From the NCBI RefSeq assembly GCF_009914755.1, contig NC_060925.1: a DNA stretch of 64,000 bases; one strand, given 5' to 3'. The DNA comes from the human T2T-CHM13v2.0 reference genome, Homo sapiens. Below the pieces are notes generated by a model. That model made no database searches. It saw only the letters and a list, made by a program, of their open reading frames with translations, and was not told the origin of the DNA. Positions 36,713 to 53,470 of this stretch are shown one piece after another (the stretch's first letter is position 1; the number at the start of each line of letters is the position of its first letter). Both the position numbers and the translations under genes were made by a program.

Positions 36713-38440
36713 CTGAAAGAGTCTTTAGCATAAAATAAAGAGGAAAGCTGAAGACATTCCCTCAAGGAAGATCAATATTTAGGGACACTAAAAGAAAAGA
36801 TAGAAAAAGTTATACTGAATGACTAGGAAAATGTGGTACAATGAAAACCAAGACCTGAAGTTAACATAGTTGTTGAGCTGACACAAAAGTACACTCTAGA
36901 TGGAGGACCAGCATGTAGAATTTGATATAGAAAGGATGAGATGTGTGCAGTGCCACATGCCAATGGCAGTGGGTGTTTCTAGGATATCAAGATTCCCTCT
37001 CGGATTTCCTTCTTTACTTCAAATTGTTTATGCTCCATTTCTACAAGATGTGGTTCCAAATTCTCAGCCTCTATGCATTATTCTCTTTTCCTGGCATTAC
37101 ACCTACCTCATATGGGATTGCTTTGCAATGTAGCCACACTCTTCTCTTACCTACCCAAAGAGACAGACAATATAGCACTTTACAATTACAAAAGGGTTGA
37201 AAAAACAATCTCAAATATCAAAATAATCTCTCCTCAACTGTATTCTCTCTAGTTATCATTCTCTCTTTTCAAGAATGCTGTTTATTTATTGAATCATTTC
37301 CCTTATTTATCCTTTGTATTATCCATATATGTATTATATTTAAAAATTAATAATTTTTTTACATTGAAACTAGAAATTCTAAACTAGGAATTTTTCTTAC
37401 AAGCATTGAAGAGTAGGGTGATTATTTGGAGCAAGCTTTTCCTTTTATAGTTTTCAACAAACTGATACCGTTAACTAGTCATATCATTATACATCATTAT
37501 CTATAAAAGACTTAGTTCCTATCTTAAAGGCCTTAAGTCCAAAATTGCAATGAATATTCAATTGTCAGATTATTTTATCATTACTTTTCTTCACTAATAC
37601 AGTAAATCAAGTACTGAGCATAAAGGTAATTTGAAAGCTTTTCTTCTTTTAGTTTGAATAGGACATTTCTGCCATGTATGTGCTAAGGCCTATCTTGCTT
37701 TATATATGAAAATTAGTAAAGTTGCCTATGCAATGACACGAACCCATGGCATGTCATGCTGTGGAAATACTGGCTTCCAACAATTTCATTTTCTCCTTGA
37801 GAACAGAAAAATGGATCTTCAAACAACCACAATAATGAGGAGTTCTGCTAACGGGTTTCTGCCAAGGCTTGCTTTATTTCAAAATTCTTCCTGATTACAC
37901 CGAGTTCTTCACAGGATGAGCCATCTGGCAATTTTTCTGAATTTCTCACTAGGATGATGGCAGAAATTGAGAGCAGAGCCAATTCTCAGAGAATACAAAG
38001 GAAGAATGTCTAGATTGCCATGGCAGATTTTTACATCAATGCCAAGAATCTCTGCACAAATGCCAGGTAGGATATTACCACTGAAATCTGATTGAACTGT
38101 CCAGGGACATCTGACTCTGCATTTACTAATTATGCTTTTGCTAATTGAAATTTGCAAATCACCCTCCTCTGCAAAATTTTTTAAAAACTGCACCTTCACC
38201 ATACAGATTTGCAAAACCAAAATATTGCTATTAACACATTTATATTTAAAGTGACACTAAGCTCTTTTGTGGAACTCAAAATCTAGGATGACTAATTTTA
38301 TCAATATAACATGGGTTTAAGTAAGAATAACACCAGGGCAATATAATGAATAGATACAATATGATAACCTGTTGCAAAGACTAAGGCTAGTACTTCATTT
38401 TTAGATGGATTTCTATGAAGAAAATAGATAATAAAATTAA

Positions 38441-38752
<312 letters not shown>

Positions 38753-38929
38753 TAACATGGCTTTTTCAAACATTCAGAAGTAATATAGTTTATACTTTAT
38801 CCAGATTCCATAAGCTCTTGATAATAAATGGAAATAATTGATTTTTGTCTCCAATTAAAATGTTGAAATAAGTGTAGTAGCTGTATTTTGCATTTTTTTT
38901 CCTAATTCATGTCTAGGAATTGTATTCAG

Positions 38930-39070
38930 TCCTCATTCAGCATACATTTATTGATGTCTACTGTGTGCCAGGTATTGGGAGTTTCTATGAGTACAAAGAG
39001 TAATAAAACAGAATTCTGACCACAAAATTTCAGAAACCAGCATGGAAGACAGAGAAATGAATAAAATGAA
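38930..39070 (-). mobile_element. L2 3' end fragment
   Basis: 'cattcagcatacatttattgatgtctactgtgtgccagg'. Confidence 0.65.
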
Positions 39071-39379
39071 TGTAAATAGTAGATCTTTACTATCTTTAGA
39101 GAAAAATATATTTAAACATGCAGTCTTCATTTGGTTGTCAATATCCTTGGTTTCTTAGCTGTTGAATTTCGTGAAGATACACATTCTACCAGACCTGAGG
39201 GTCTTTGAGACTAGCTATTATATTTTAGGTTTATGCTTAATTAATAATTTTTTACTAAATATTAATGAATAAAAATAGCTTTGGAGGACAAATTATTAGC
39301 TCTTATTAATTTTTGTAGAATTATATATTCCCATTTTATGATAGCTTTGGGAGAGCTAAGAGTAATAGCTCTGAAATTC

Positions 39380-39720
39380 AATATCTAGCTTGCATATTAC
39401 TGCTATAGGCATTCATGATTTTCCTCTCAGCCATCAGCAGGGGTAAGGGCGTTGGAGAAAGGTGTCCTCTTGTGATTACAACATGGCTGTAGCAGCTCCA
39501 GGAATTATATTAACCTATGACACATTCAGAAAAAAGGGACCATTTGTTACATTGCATCAGTTTAGGAATAAGTAAACTTCTTCTAGACTCCTTATTGGAC
39601 ATATCTTTCTGTCTCACTGGTCAGGATTTCATCACATCCAACTCCCTAAACCAATCACTGCATTTGTCTCAGTGAGCTAGATTCCTAGATTTATAAGCTA
39701 GGGTGATGTGGATGCTTGAG
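39380..39720. mobile_element. MLT1K/L-like LTR (degenerate)
   Basis: 'acatggctgtagcagctccagga', 'tctcactggtcaggatttcatcacatcc..ccctaaaccaatcactg'. Confidence 0.5.
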
Positions 39721-41119
39721 GTTTAATCATTTTGACTGACTTGGGGCTACATTTCAATCATTTTGATTCATTCAGAGATATACTCATAGACTAGGGATTT
39801 TCATGGTAAGAAGCTCAATCTAATGGAGATTTGATGTGCACCAGTTTGGTGGAATGACCACGTTTAAACTCAGAGGGAATGGTTTACATTTGTATATAAC
39901 ACAGTACATATTACTTGGAGAATCTATTAGTCCAGCTTCCACAAACCAGGGGAAGCTTCAGGAAGAAAATAATCTTATTGCTGATATCTTTAAGATCCTG
40001 TCTGAGCCCTGACAAACACAGGAAGACTGTGGATTAGAATGAAGACTCACATGGTTTGAATGGGAGGTATCTTCCAATGCAGATAGTTGAAACCTATTGG
40101 GTAATGAAGGAGGAGTTTGCATCAGAAGAAACAGCGATACATATGAACATCACTGATTAAAAAAAAAAAAACAAACAAGACCACAACAACAACAAAACAT
40201 GTTTGACAGTATATGTGGGAAACTTAGAAATTACCTGAACATAATTTAGAAAGTTTTTTAGATCTGGACAAGGTCAGAAAAAACATTGACTCTATTATTG
40301 TTATTAAAATAATGTGTCTTATCATGATTTTTGGTCTGGCAAAATATGAGTTAAATAGAGTAATTAGTAAAGCAGTTTTTTAAAGGAATGACAATTAGCT
40401 TGGTTTTGGAAATATTGACATTATTGTTTCATTTAGGCATTTAATTGTTTAATCATTTTTTACAATGTAGCCATAAAATTACTTGTAATTCATGACATTT
40501 CATTACCTAATAGTTGTGTTAGAAATGTATACTCTAGGTAACATGGACACAAAAATTTGCTTTCAATATATGAAAGAAACTCACCTACACTCAGACAGAC
40601 ACACATGTAAAACACATATATACCTAAAAGATAGTTAATGTTTACCATCTGATGTACCAAATACAATATTTCTTTCTAATTGTTTGAAAAATAGAATGCT
40701 ATTTCCTTTTCAAAGCAAAATTTCTAATTTGATATTACATATAACTCAGCTGAAGGAACTTCATATGACTATAAAATTTGCTATTAGCCTTATATAATTA
40801 GCTTTCTTAATGAACAGTCGAAGCCTAATAAAACATTCATCTGTATTTTTAAAGTGTACGTGTGCAACCACTGGTTTCAAAATGACAATTTCTTAATAGA
40901 ACAAGGATTTAATTTCTTCAAAACATTAACGCTGGCCTCACTGAATGTTTGAGTTGAGAGTAACTGGATTGGAAAATTGGAGTAAGTTTGTTTATGGGAC
41001 TGTTCACTTTCTCTGGCTTCCTGGAAAGAGTTTATATTAACTTGCAAATTATTTCTTGCTGCCTCATTTTCTTCTTATTTCTTCTTATTCCTTAATTTTT
41101 ATCCCTAATGGGCTACATC

Positions 41120-41850
41120 TCCAAAGCTCTCCAAAGCTTATACCCTCCCATTTGCACTTATTATCTCTCACGTGAGCTCAAGGCACCCGCTTCTGGGTAG
41201 TTCTCTAAATGTGCCAAGAACATTGCTGTCTCAAACCTTTTGAGTCTGCTATCTCTCTGTCTCCTGAGATCCATATGACCCCAATTCCTTCCATTCATGT
41301 GCCTGTCCAACAGCCCCTGTTTTAGAAAGGGCTTCTTGATCCTCTATCTATGATAGCAACCCCCTCCATTATTTTCCTCCTTTTATTTTTCTTGAGACAG
41401 GGTCTCATTCTGATACCCAGGCTGGCATGTGGTCACACGATGACAGCTCCAGCCTTGAACTACAGGGCTCCAGCTATCCTCCCATCTCAGCCTCTTAGTT
41501 AGCTAGAAATATAGGTGCATACCACCATGGTGGGTTACTTTGAAAATTTTTTGTAGAGACAGGATCTTACTACGTTGCCCAGGCTTATCTCCAACATTTG
41601 GCCTCAAGCAATCCTGCCACCATGGCCTCCCAAAGTGCCGGGATTACAGGTATGGTCCACTGCACCCGGCCTCCTCATTCTCTTTTATCAGTTGTCCTAG
41701 CACTGAACTTATATTTTATGGTCAAATTATTTACTTTTCTCTTTCTTGCTAGAATATATGGTCTATAAAGTCAGTGTTTTTTTGTGTTTAGTACATTGCT
41801 ATATTCCTAGCAATTAGACCAATACTTAACTACAGAACATATTGGGAAAC
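41120..41850 (+). mobile_element. L2 fragment interrupted by AluJ
   Basis: L2 3' motifs 'ctagaatat..gtctataaag', 'cattgctatattcctagca', 'aatacttaactacag'. Confidence 0.55.
41385..41671 (-). mobile_element. AluJ
   Basis: 'gagacagggtctcattctg', 'cagctccagccttgaact', 'tttttgtagagac', 'ggcctcaagcaatcc'. Confidence 0.88.
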
Positions 41851-41854
41851 ACAA

Positions 41855-42079
41855 ATATTTCCTCATTTAATGATGGTCCAACTCACAATTTTTCAATTTA
41901 TGATGTTGCAATAGCAATGTGCATTCAGTATGCTCCTCAACTTAATATGGGGTTATATCCAGATAAGCCCATCATAAATCGGAAATATCGTAAGTCAATA
42001 ATGAGCTTTCGATTCACCATATTTTCAATTTACCATTGGATTATCACGTCATCACACGCCATACATCGAGGAGCATCTA
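41855..42079. mobile_element. MER47/Tigger5-derived element
   Basis: 'atgctcctcaacttaatatggggttatatccagataagcccatcataaatcggaaatatcgtaagtc' and terminal 'tcgaggagcatct'. Confidence 0.7.
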
Positions 42080-43909
42080 TAAATAACGAAGTAAAAGGGG
42101 CAAAATGTTCTGTTCTGAATGTTAAAAATGGTTAATGGAGTAAATTAGTAGCAAAAGATATTAGAAAGGTAAAGAAAAGACAAATACAGAAAGACTTTTA
42201 TTTAACAATAGGAAGTTTGAATTTTACCTTAGGTATTCCTCTGTTATTTAGCATTACTTTCTCCACAAGATCAATTACTAATATAATTGATTCCCTCTAT
42301 ACCAAATCCTTTTCCCATCATTTTCCATTTTCCTTTGGTATTATCTTCTTTCTTTTATTACGTGGCTCAAATGACGTTTTCTAATGCTGGCTTTAAGACT
42401 TTAAATATTCTGATATATTTAAGGTCATGTGAATTGTAAATCATAATTATTTGCAACTTGTGGTTTAATTCCTTCGGAAAGGTTGTGCTATTCCTTCCTT
42501 TACCATTTTCATATAGTTAAATATGACAAATACAATGTTTGATCTGGATCGAGACTATTTCAAATTAAAAACTAAAATAGGAAAACAAAACGTAGGATGA
42601 TTGGGCTTGTGCCATACATAGTCACTGCAGAGAAATATTAAGGAACTTAGTGATCACATATAAGTTGTTCTCAGCATTATCAGATGTAATGCCTTCTTAG
42701 GCCAATATGAAATGTATGCAAAATATACATATACCTATCTAAGTATGTAATTTTAGGAAAATCAACGTAATATATAAACTGTAGTATAAAGGATAAAAGG
42801 AAAAAAACAATTTATAAAATAGACTTTGTTTTCCATATGTAAATGCTGGATAAGACCATTTCAAAAAAATTCTAATGAAAATCACATACTTGCACTTATG
42901 TGTCACTGTAAATGCTGTAACTACAAATGCATTCTTATGTAGTTACAGTTTGTCGGTGACTCAAATAATATGCATGGCATTGACAACTGTTAAAAGATGT
43001 TTCTCAATAGTGAATACTCCTCAATAAAATTATGAATAAAAACAATGAACTTTTGTCTCAATTTGCATGATGTTTGCATTCATGGAAAGTTCAGAGTGCA
43101 TTAGATTGTGCACAAAGGTTCTTTGCATATCTAAAATGAAGTATTTCTAAATTCACATAATTATAAAGAGGCGTTTCATCTGCATGACATTCGAAAATCA
43201 AGTAAGACACGCTATGATATTGAATTGTTCAGAATTATCACAGGCACTGCGGGAAAACATCATCCCTGGCCCACATCCACCGAATGTCAATAGCACTCCT
43301 TAATTGTTGTTTCAACCCAAAATACCTTCAGATGTTGGAAAAATCCCTTCTGTGGAGTATGCAACTGCTGCCATCCTTTATTCCAGCAACTGAAAACGAC
43401 AATACTGAAATACAGTCACTAAAGTACCCTAATGAACTTTTTCTTGTAGGCCATATCAGCCTCTTGAAATATTCATTTCTAGCAATCTTGATTAATTTCA
43501 CAATTATAACTCTTAAATGCATTCATTTGCATTTTCCGTTCATTGAATAAACATTTATTAAGCACCTGCTGCTCTACTTGTCTATAGCAATACAAAAAAG
43601 GACCTCCCCAGCAAAAAATCCAAAGAGAGTAACAAAAAAAGACAGTTCTTTTCTTAACGAGCGTTACAACCTAGTGAAATACAGAGGTTTTTGGCCTGTA
43701 ACTTTAATTAAAAGTCTCCAAAGCTTCTGCTTATTGGGGTTAATAAGCAATAATTAATCAACACATTTCACAGCTTTTATTCATTCTAGTGATCCCTTAC
43801 ACCCACCCTTAAACCTCCAAAATTATCACCAAATATGCTCAAGAAAGCAGTAACTACAATAACTTCTAGCTTTGGTGGCTGCTTTTGTAAAGTAGACCCG
43901 TGGAGTTAA

Positions 43910-46080
43910 ATTTTTAAGAGAGGTATAGTGAGGTATACAGTTCATGAATTTGAATAAACACATACAGTCATGTAACTGCCAAAATAATCAAGATATAGAA
44001 TATTTCCGTAAGCCCCTGAAATTTTTTCATGACGCTCGGGAATCAATCTCCTTTTCCAAACCCAGCTTCTGGCAACCACTAATCTCTTTTCCATTGTAAA
44101 AATGCTCCTATTCCAGAACGCTATATAAATGGAATTCATACCTAATGTAGCATTTTGCTTCTGGGTTTTCATTTAGAATTAGGTATTTGAGGTTCATTCA
44201 TATCGATGTATTTATCAGTAGTTCTAGTCACTTTTCATTTTAAGTGTTTTTCCATTATTTACCTAGAAACAGGTTTGTTAGATGAGATAGTAAGTTCATG
44301 TCTACCTGACATGCTAAAGAATTTTCCAAAGTGGCTATTAAATGTTGCATTCCCACTAGCAATATATGAAATACCTTGTAGTTCCACATTATTGCCAGGA
44401 CTTGGTGTTGTAGATTTTTACCATTTTATTGAGTGTAAATTGGCATAATTCTGTGTTTTAATGTGCATTTCTCTGATGGCTAATAAGGTTAAGAATATTT
44501 TCCTATGCTTATTGCCAATTTGCATTTCTGATTTGATAAACTATCTGGCCAAATATCTCATAAAAATTGGCTTGTCTTTTATTATTGAGTAGTAAGGGTT
44601 CTTTACATATTTCAGATACAAATATGTTATAAAATATATATTTCACAAATATTGACTTCAAATATGGGGCTTAGCTGTTCATTTTCTTAACAACATTTTG
44701 TAAGAACAGAAGATTTTGATTTTGATAAAGTCAAATTTATCATTTTTTCTTTTATTATTTGGAATTTTTATATATTAAGAGGATCTATTTGCTAATGCCA
44801 AGATCACACAGATACTCTTCTACATTTCCTTCTGTAAGAATTACAGTTTTAGCTCTTGCATTTAGGTTTTAATTCATTTCAAATTATTTTTATATGATAT
44901 GTGTAGTAATAGTCAAAATTATTATCATTATTATTTATTTTGCATTTGAACTTCCAAATAGTCTGGCACCAATGGTTAAAAAGACTCTCTTTACCCAATT
45001 TATTCACTTTGTCACTTTGTAACAATGAATGGACCAAACCATATATATGTGAGGTTTACATCTGGACTCTATTCCTTTCCATTGATCTATATATTAATAT
45101 CTACCCTTTCCTGAAAATACATTATTTTGATTATTGTACCTTTGTAGTAAGTATATAATTAAGTATATTATCTATTAATTGTATATTTAGTTTTATTTCA
45201 AAATTATTTTTGCTATTCTAGGTCCATTGCGTTTGCATATAAATTTTGGAATCACCTTGTGTGTAGATATAGTGAATTGTATTGATTGATTTTCAAATAT
45301 TAAAACATTTATTTCTAGGAAAAATTTTACCTGGTGACAATTTAGCATCCTTTGAGAATACTGCTAGATTTGATTTGCTAATAATTTCTAAAAAATATTT
45401 GTGTCTATTCACGGGGTATATTGAAGTTTTCTCAAATTTTTGTCTGGATTGGGTAACAGAGTAATGCTGGCCTCATAAAATGAAATGAGAAGCCATCTCT
45501 CTTCCTCAAGTTTCTGTTTAAATTGTGCCGAACTGGTATTATTTCTTCCTTAACTATTGGTCATAACTTTGCCAGTGAAGCTGTCTGACTTGAATTTTCA
45601 TTGAGGAGATTATATATACATAATATATATAATTAATATTTAAGCATTAATCTGTATAAATAGATGTAGTCATTGCTTCAGGTAATTTATTTCTTCAAGA
45701 CTGAAATTTATGACCATTGTTAGTTTTGGAAAAAAAATTGACCATTTTATTCATGTTGTCTAATTTATTGACAATGTTTTGCATAAACTTGTTTTATTGT
45801 ATTTGTAGTATGTATAATATGTGTAGTGATATTTCCCACTCCCTTCTTTATTCTTGATGTTGCAATTTTTGTCTTTATTATCTTTTTTTTTATTGTTCTG
45901 GCTAAAGCTTTATCTATTCCACTGATATTTTTAAAGAACCAGTATTTGGATTCATTGATTTAGCTGTTCTTGATTTCTTTGTTTTTTGTTTTTTTTTTTT
46001 TACAATTCAACATGTTATTCATTATCTTCGAGTTCTTTTTTTAGATTAGCTTTAGTGTTTATATACTCACAAGCACTTTA
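43910..46080 (-). mobile_element. L1M (MB/MC/ME-type) 3' UTR and ORF2, antisense
   Basis: 'ggcaaccactaatct', 'ttttccaaagtggct', 'gcattcccactagcaatatatg', 'ttgctattctaggtcc'. Confidence 0.8.
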
Positions 46081-46641
46081 AGGTGGATGTTTGGAAGCTG
46101 GGAATAAAACATAACCTCAGGGGAGAATTTTTCCCAGAGGAACTGCTTCTGTTCTTATGGGTTTATTCACATCATAAAGAAAAACATTCATAATAAAACA
46201 ATTCACTATTATGATTTATCTAGGTGTTATCAAGAATAGTGGCAGTGAACTCCCTGCATTCTTAGCAGTTCCTTAGAAATTTCCTTCACTTTGACTCTTG
46301 GTCAAAATGACTTATTCTTTAAGCTGTTTTTTTTTTTTTTCTTTTTTTAAAAAGTACAAAACTGAAATGTTTCTGGAACCTTGGTGTATCTGAGAATGTC
46401 ATTTTGCATCTCAGGTTTTTACCGCAAATTTTTGCTCATTATCCTTTGGCTTTTAATGGGGATGTACAACTGCATTCTGCAATCACCTTCAGTTTTGTTT
46501 CCTTAGATGTTAACCTGTTATTTCTGTCTGAATGTTATTAGCATTGATTTTTCCATATTCTGAAAAATCTCATCAATAGTTATTCAAAAAAAATGTGAGT
46601 CCTATAGTCAAATATTTGTGGTAAATATTGGATTACATACA

Positions 46642-47440
46642 TGTGATATTGTGAAATATCTATTTGGTCTGAATCCCTATTTCCTGGCATACGGCTCCTA
46701 AAATTATCGAAATTGCCATAGTGATGAGTGTCCTTTGTGCGCTAATGAGATGACTGGGGTTGTGGTCCCCTATATAGCTCAGAATGGGGGCTGGTCACCA
46801 GAAATGCCAAGGCATGACTAAAGGGTTGGGACTTTAAGCCACAACCAGTAAGCTCCAGGAAGAAGAGGATGAAGGTTAAGTAGATTGCCAATGGCCAATG
46901 ATTTAATCAATAATGCCTGCATAATACAGCCTCCATAAAAACCCAAAAAGACTGAGTTAGGTGATCTTCTAGACAGTGAACAAGTGGAATTACCTGTAGG
47001 GGCATGGAAGCTCCATGTCCTTTTCACTTATCTTACCCTAAGCATCTCTTTCATATGGCTGTTCATCTGTTAATATCTTTTATCGTAAACTGGTAAATGT
47101 AAATAAGCATTTCCCTGAGTTCTGTGAGCTGTCCTAGAAAATTAATCAAATGCAAGAAGGGGGTCACGTGAACCCTGATTTATGGTCAGACGTGTAGGTA
47201 ACAACCCATATTTACATTTGGCATCTGAAGTATGGGGGGAGTCTTTTGGAACTGAGCCCTCTAACTTGTGGTATCTGACACCATCTCCAGGTAGATAGGA
47301 TCAGAGTTGAGTTAAATTATAGGACATCCAGTTGGTTTCCACTGGAGAATTGCCTGGTATGGAAGGAAACAACCCTTATAACATCGGGTGTCAGAAGTGA
47401 GCTAAGTGGTATGTGACAGTAGGTAAAGCATTTTGGGGTT
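46642..47440. mobile_element. MER21 (B/C-like) LTR
   Basis: 'tgtgatattgtgaaatat', 'gctaatgagatgactgg', 'ggggctggtcaccaga', 'ttccctgagttctgtgagc', 'tctccaggtagatag'. Confidence 0.85.
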
Positions 47441-47449
47441 TCCTATATT

Positions 47450-49629
<2,180 letters not shown>

Positions 49630-49630
<1 letters not shown>

Positions 49631-51700
49631 AGAACTGATAAAGAAATTCAGTAAATTTGTAGGATACAAAATAAACACACAAACATCAGTAGCATTTATA
49701 TATGTCAACAGTGAAAAGTCTGGAAAAGAAATAAAAAAGCAATCTCCTTTACAATAGCTGCAGAGATTATAAAATACCTAGGAATCAATGTAATCAAAAA
49801 TGTGAAAGATCTATACAAAGAAATCTATAAAACTCTAATGAAAGAAATTAAAGAGGACATAAAAAATGAAAAGAGAGTCCATGCTCATGGATTGGAATAA
49901 TTAATACAGTTAAAATGACAGTACTACCACAATAATTTACATATTCAATGTAATCTCTATCAAAATATTAATCACATTTGTTTTGCAGTAGGCAAGTCTA
50001 TGAAAGCCTACCCCATACTCTGAGGAAGCCGAAAGTCTGAAGAAAATTGAGCATATATAGCAAGACAAGGTGGTGGTTCACAGCATTATTACCTCTCGGA
50101 TCCAGGGATTATATACAGTAGGGGAGGGGCACATGTGCTCCAGAGGGAATGGGAAGGAATTTGCTCTAAAGGCCAGATTTATGGTAAGTATGAGTTTATC
50201 AAGGTTGACTTGCTCTCTGGGCAGAATTTACAGTATGTGCTCTTACACAAGGAGCAATAGATAAACTGGAAATGTCAGAGGGCTTCCCAGACCTGGGGTT
50301 AATCAGAAACTAACATGGCAGTTTAGTATCCAAGATGGATTTGCTTCAGTCTCCACAACATTCTTCAAGCAATAGAAAAAACATTCCTAAAATTTATACG
50401 GAACCACAAGGGACCTCAAATAACCAAACCCATCCTGAACAAATTTGGAGGCATCACGTTACCTGACTGCAAAATATGCTACAAAGCTATAGTAAACAAA
50501 TCGACATGCTACTGGCCTGAAAACTGACACATAGACCCATGGAACAGAATAGAGACCCTTGATACATAATAAATCTAGGCATTTATAACCAGCTCATTTT
50601 TAACAAAGGTGCTGTGAACACACAGTAGAGAAAAGGCAGTATCTTCGATAAATAGTACTAGGAAAACAGGATAATTGTATGCAAAAGGATGAAAATAGAC
50701 CCCTATCTCTCACCATATACAAAAATCAAATCAAAATGTATTAAATACTTAAACCTAAGTCCTTGAAACCATAAAACTACCAGAAGAAAACATCTGGGAA
50801 ACACTTCAGAACATTAGTCTGGGCAAAAATTTTTTTGGTAAGACCACAAGAGCACAGATGACAAAAGAAAAAATAGACTAATGAGATTACATCAAGCTAA
50901 AAAGCTTCTGCACAGCAAAGAAATCAACGAAGCGAAGAGACAACCTACCGAGTGGGAGAAAATACTTGCAAACAATCCATCTGATGAGAGATTAACTCAA
51001 ACAATTCAATAGAAAAAACCAAATGATACAATTTTTAAAATGGGCAAAAATGTGGAGAAAAGTGAACCCTCATAACCTGTTGGTGGGAATGTAAGTCAGT
51101 ACAGCCACGATGGAGAACAGTATGGAGATTTCTCAAAAAACTAAAAATAAAACTACAAAACTACTGTATGGATACAGCAATTCTACTACTGGGTATGTAT
51201 CAAAACAAACAAAAATAAGAAAATCAATATATTGAAGAGATGTCTGCACTCCTATATTTACTGCAACACTATTCACAATAGCCGAGAGGGGAATCAACCT
51301 AAGCAGCCATCAGTGGATAAATGGATAAAGAATATGTGGTATAAAGACAAACAGAATATTATTCATCAAAAAATTTAACGAAATTTTGTCACTTGCAGCA
51401 ACATGGATGGAACTGGAGGTCATTATGTTATGTGAAATAAGCCAAGTACAGAAAGACAAATATCGCATGTTCTCATTCATATATGGTAGCAAGAGAAGTG
51501 GATCTTATGAAGATAGAAAGTAGATTGGTGGTTATCAGAGGCTAAGAAGAGTAGCAGGGAAGGATGAAGAGAGGTTGATTTAATGGATAAAAATATAGAG
51601 TTAGGTAGAATAAACAAGACCTGGTGGTATTTGATAGATGAGCATGGTGTCTATAATTAACAATAATCTATTGTATATTTCAAAATAGCTCCAAGAGAAT
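49630..51700 (+). mobile_element. L1MA-type ORF2 3' half and 3' UTR, interrupted by MER83
   Basis: '[24 protein letters not shown]', 'atggaacagaatagaga', 'gcagcaacatggatggaactggaggtcattatg', 'aataatctattgtatatttcaaaatagct'. Confidence 0.9.
49979..50357 (-). mobile_element. MER83-like ERV1 solo LTR
   Basis: Minus strand begins tgtggagactgaagcaaatccatcttggatactaaactgccatgtt; TSD acatt at 49974-78 and 50358-62. Confidence 0.8.
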
Positions 51701-51702
51701 AA

Positions 51703-52330
51703 TATCAGAGTGCTGCCCATCCCAAATGTGGGAGGTACCAAAGGGGATGTCCTGGCCGTGTGGGAAGGCTGGCTAGGGGTTTGTTCCAGGAGCCCTGTGG
51801 AATGTGCCTCCTACAGCATGATGGTGCTGAACAGACATTCTGATTTGGCATCTCCTTTGGCTGAGGTACAGAGCAAAGTTTCCAGGGCTGAGAATGGTAG
51901 TTCCACCTCCTTGCTTTGTCTCTGGCTGTCCTTAGGGAGATTTCTCCCTTTGGGCAGTCACAATGCTTCCTGTGGGTTAAGGCAGGCACAGGTCTTCCTC
52001 CAGGGAACACAAGATGGTGGGGAAACTGTCCACCCTGATCTCACTTTTTCTAGTGTAAAAACTGTGAGATGAGTACGAGAACATTGTCCACATGCATGGT
52101 GTCTGGAAGATGGGAGGAAAGGCGTCTCACGTATGGAAGTCTCATTCTCTTACCATGTGCTCACAGTTTCTTCACTTCTCTGTGGCCCCAAGAGTTGTCT
52201 TATCCTTATATTCGAGTACTGGGATATTGCTGGTGCTAACCTTGGCGCTGTATATGTTGTTTGGGTCTTCTATGGAGGGCAGTGAAGTTAGCTTGCTCCC
52301 ACACCACCATTTTGGAACCAGAAACTCCTG
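51703..52330 (-). mobile_element. L1 5' UTR-like segment (L1M1/L1MA-type), antisense
   Basis: GC-richer block ending 'ccattttggaaccagaaactcc'; on the minus strand this reads ..ttccaaaatgg, like an L1 5' start. Confidence 0.5.
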
Positions 52331-52569
52331 GTTATTTTTATGAGATGAATTAGTGGATTTTTAATTATTTTCTTTATATGTTTTTCTATTTTTTAAACAT
52401 GAACATAGACTGATTTTGTAATCAGAAAAAAAATCTCTAAATTAAAATAAAGAATACTCTAAAACAAAAGGTTCTGCCTTATTCTACAAATTATCCCATA
52501 TTTAAAGAAGGTTAAACTGACAGTATTGCACAGAACTTCTATGGAGAACAGTATGGAAGTTTCTATTAT

Positions 52570-53470
52570 AATTTTTCCTCTGAAATGTGGGTTCTAATTT
52601 TTTCTCTACTTCTACCAATCACTAACAGAGGAGTGTTAAAGTCTCTAACTACAGTTTTGGATTTAAAAAAAATCTCATTTTAAGTTCAATCACAGCTGGA
52701 TCAAGAATCTTAAAGTTCTTTTGATAGGTGCATACACGTTAAGCATTACCATGCCTTCCTGCTACCTTGACTCTTAGTTCAAACGTCTCCTTTATCTAAA
52801 ATTAATATTGCCACTCCATCTTTCTTTTGTGCCGTATCTCTCTCTATCCCCTTACCTTTAACTTCTTTGTGTGTCTACATTTAATGAGTTTCTTATAGAC
52901 AGTATGTAATTTGTTCTCACTTTTAATTCAATCTAACAATTTCGCCTTTTGAGTTGGCATGTTTAGACAACTAGAGTTAGTGCAGTTTTTCATTTCTCCC
53001 CTCTACTTTTTGTTTGATTTTTCCTCTTTATCCTTTGGATCATTTTGAACATTAATTGTACTCCATTTTCATCCACTACTTGCTTATCAGTTAAACCACT
53101 TAACTTTATTTTTGCATATTGTTAGTCTTTTCCTCTAAATCCTTTGAGATACTACTCACAGTTATTCTGTAGTCCTTTGAGGATAGTTCCACTGTATCTG
53201 GGTCATACATATCTGGGCTAGCTTCAGATGACTATTCCTTCTCTTATCAGTCTGTTTTTACTGTTTTGTGTGTGTGTGTGTGTGTGTAAATTTTGAAGGA
53301 TTGCTGAACATGCTGTGTAGGACACTAGAGACAGAGAAATCATTTTCCATGCCTCCTCTTCTCCCAACACAATAGTATTGTGAATTTAATCAGTCTAATC
53401 AGGAGTTGAACTGGGATTAGTTTTAGTCATGGTGGTAGTCACCTTCCTTGACTTCAAATTTCACCAAGAA
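52570..53470 (-). mobile_element. Old L1 fragments, antisense, with (TG)n at ~53268-53287
   Basis: 'ggagtgttaaagtctctaactac', 'ttcttatagacagtat', 'aatctaacaatt..ccttttgagttgg'. Confidence 0.6.

Noticed and set aside
46327-46348. Poly-T as the MIPEP pseudogene poly-A tail
   Set aside because: About 1.1 kb from the pseudogene end across MER21; the intervening sequence looks like old L1 and I found no TSD.
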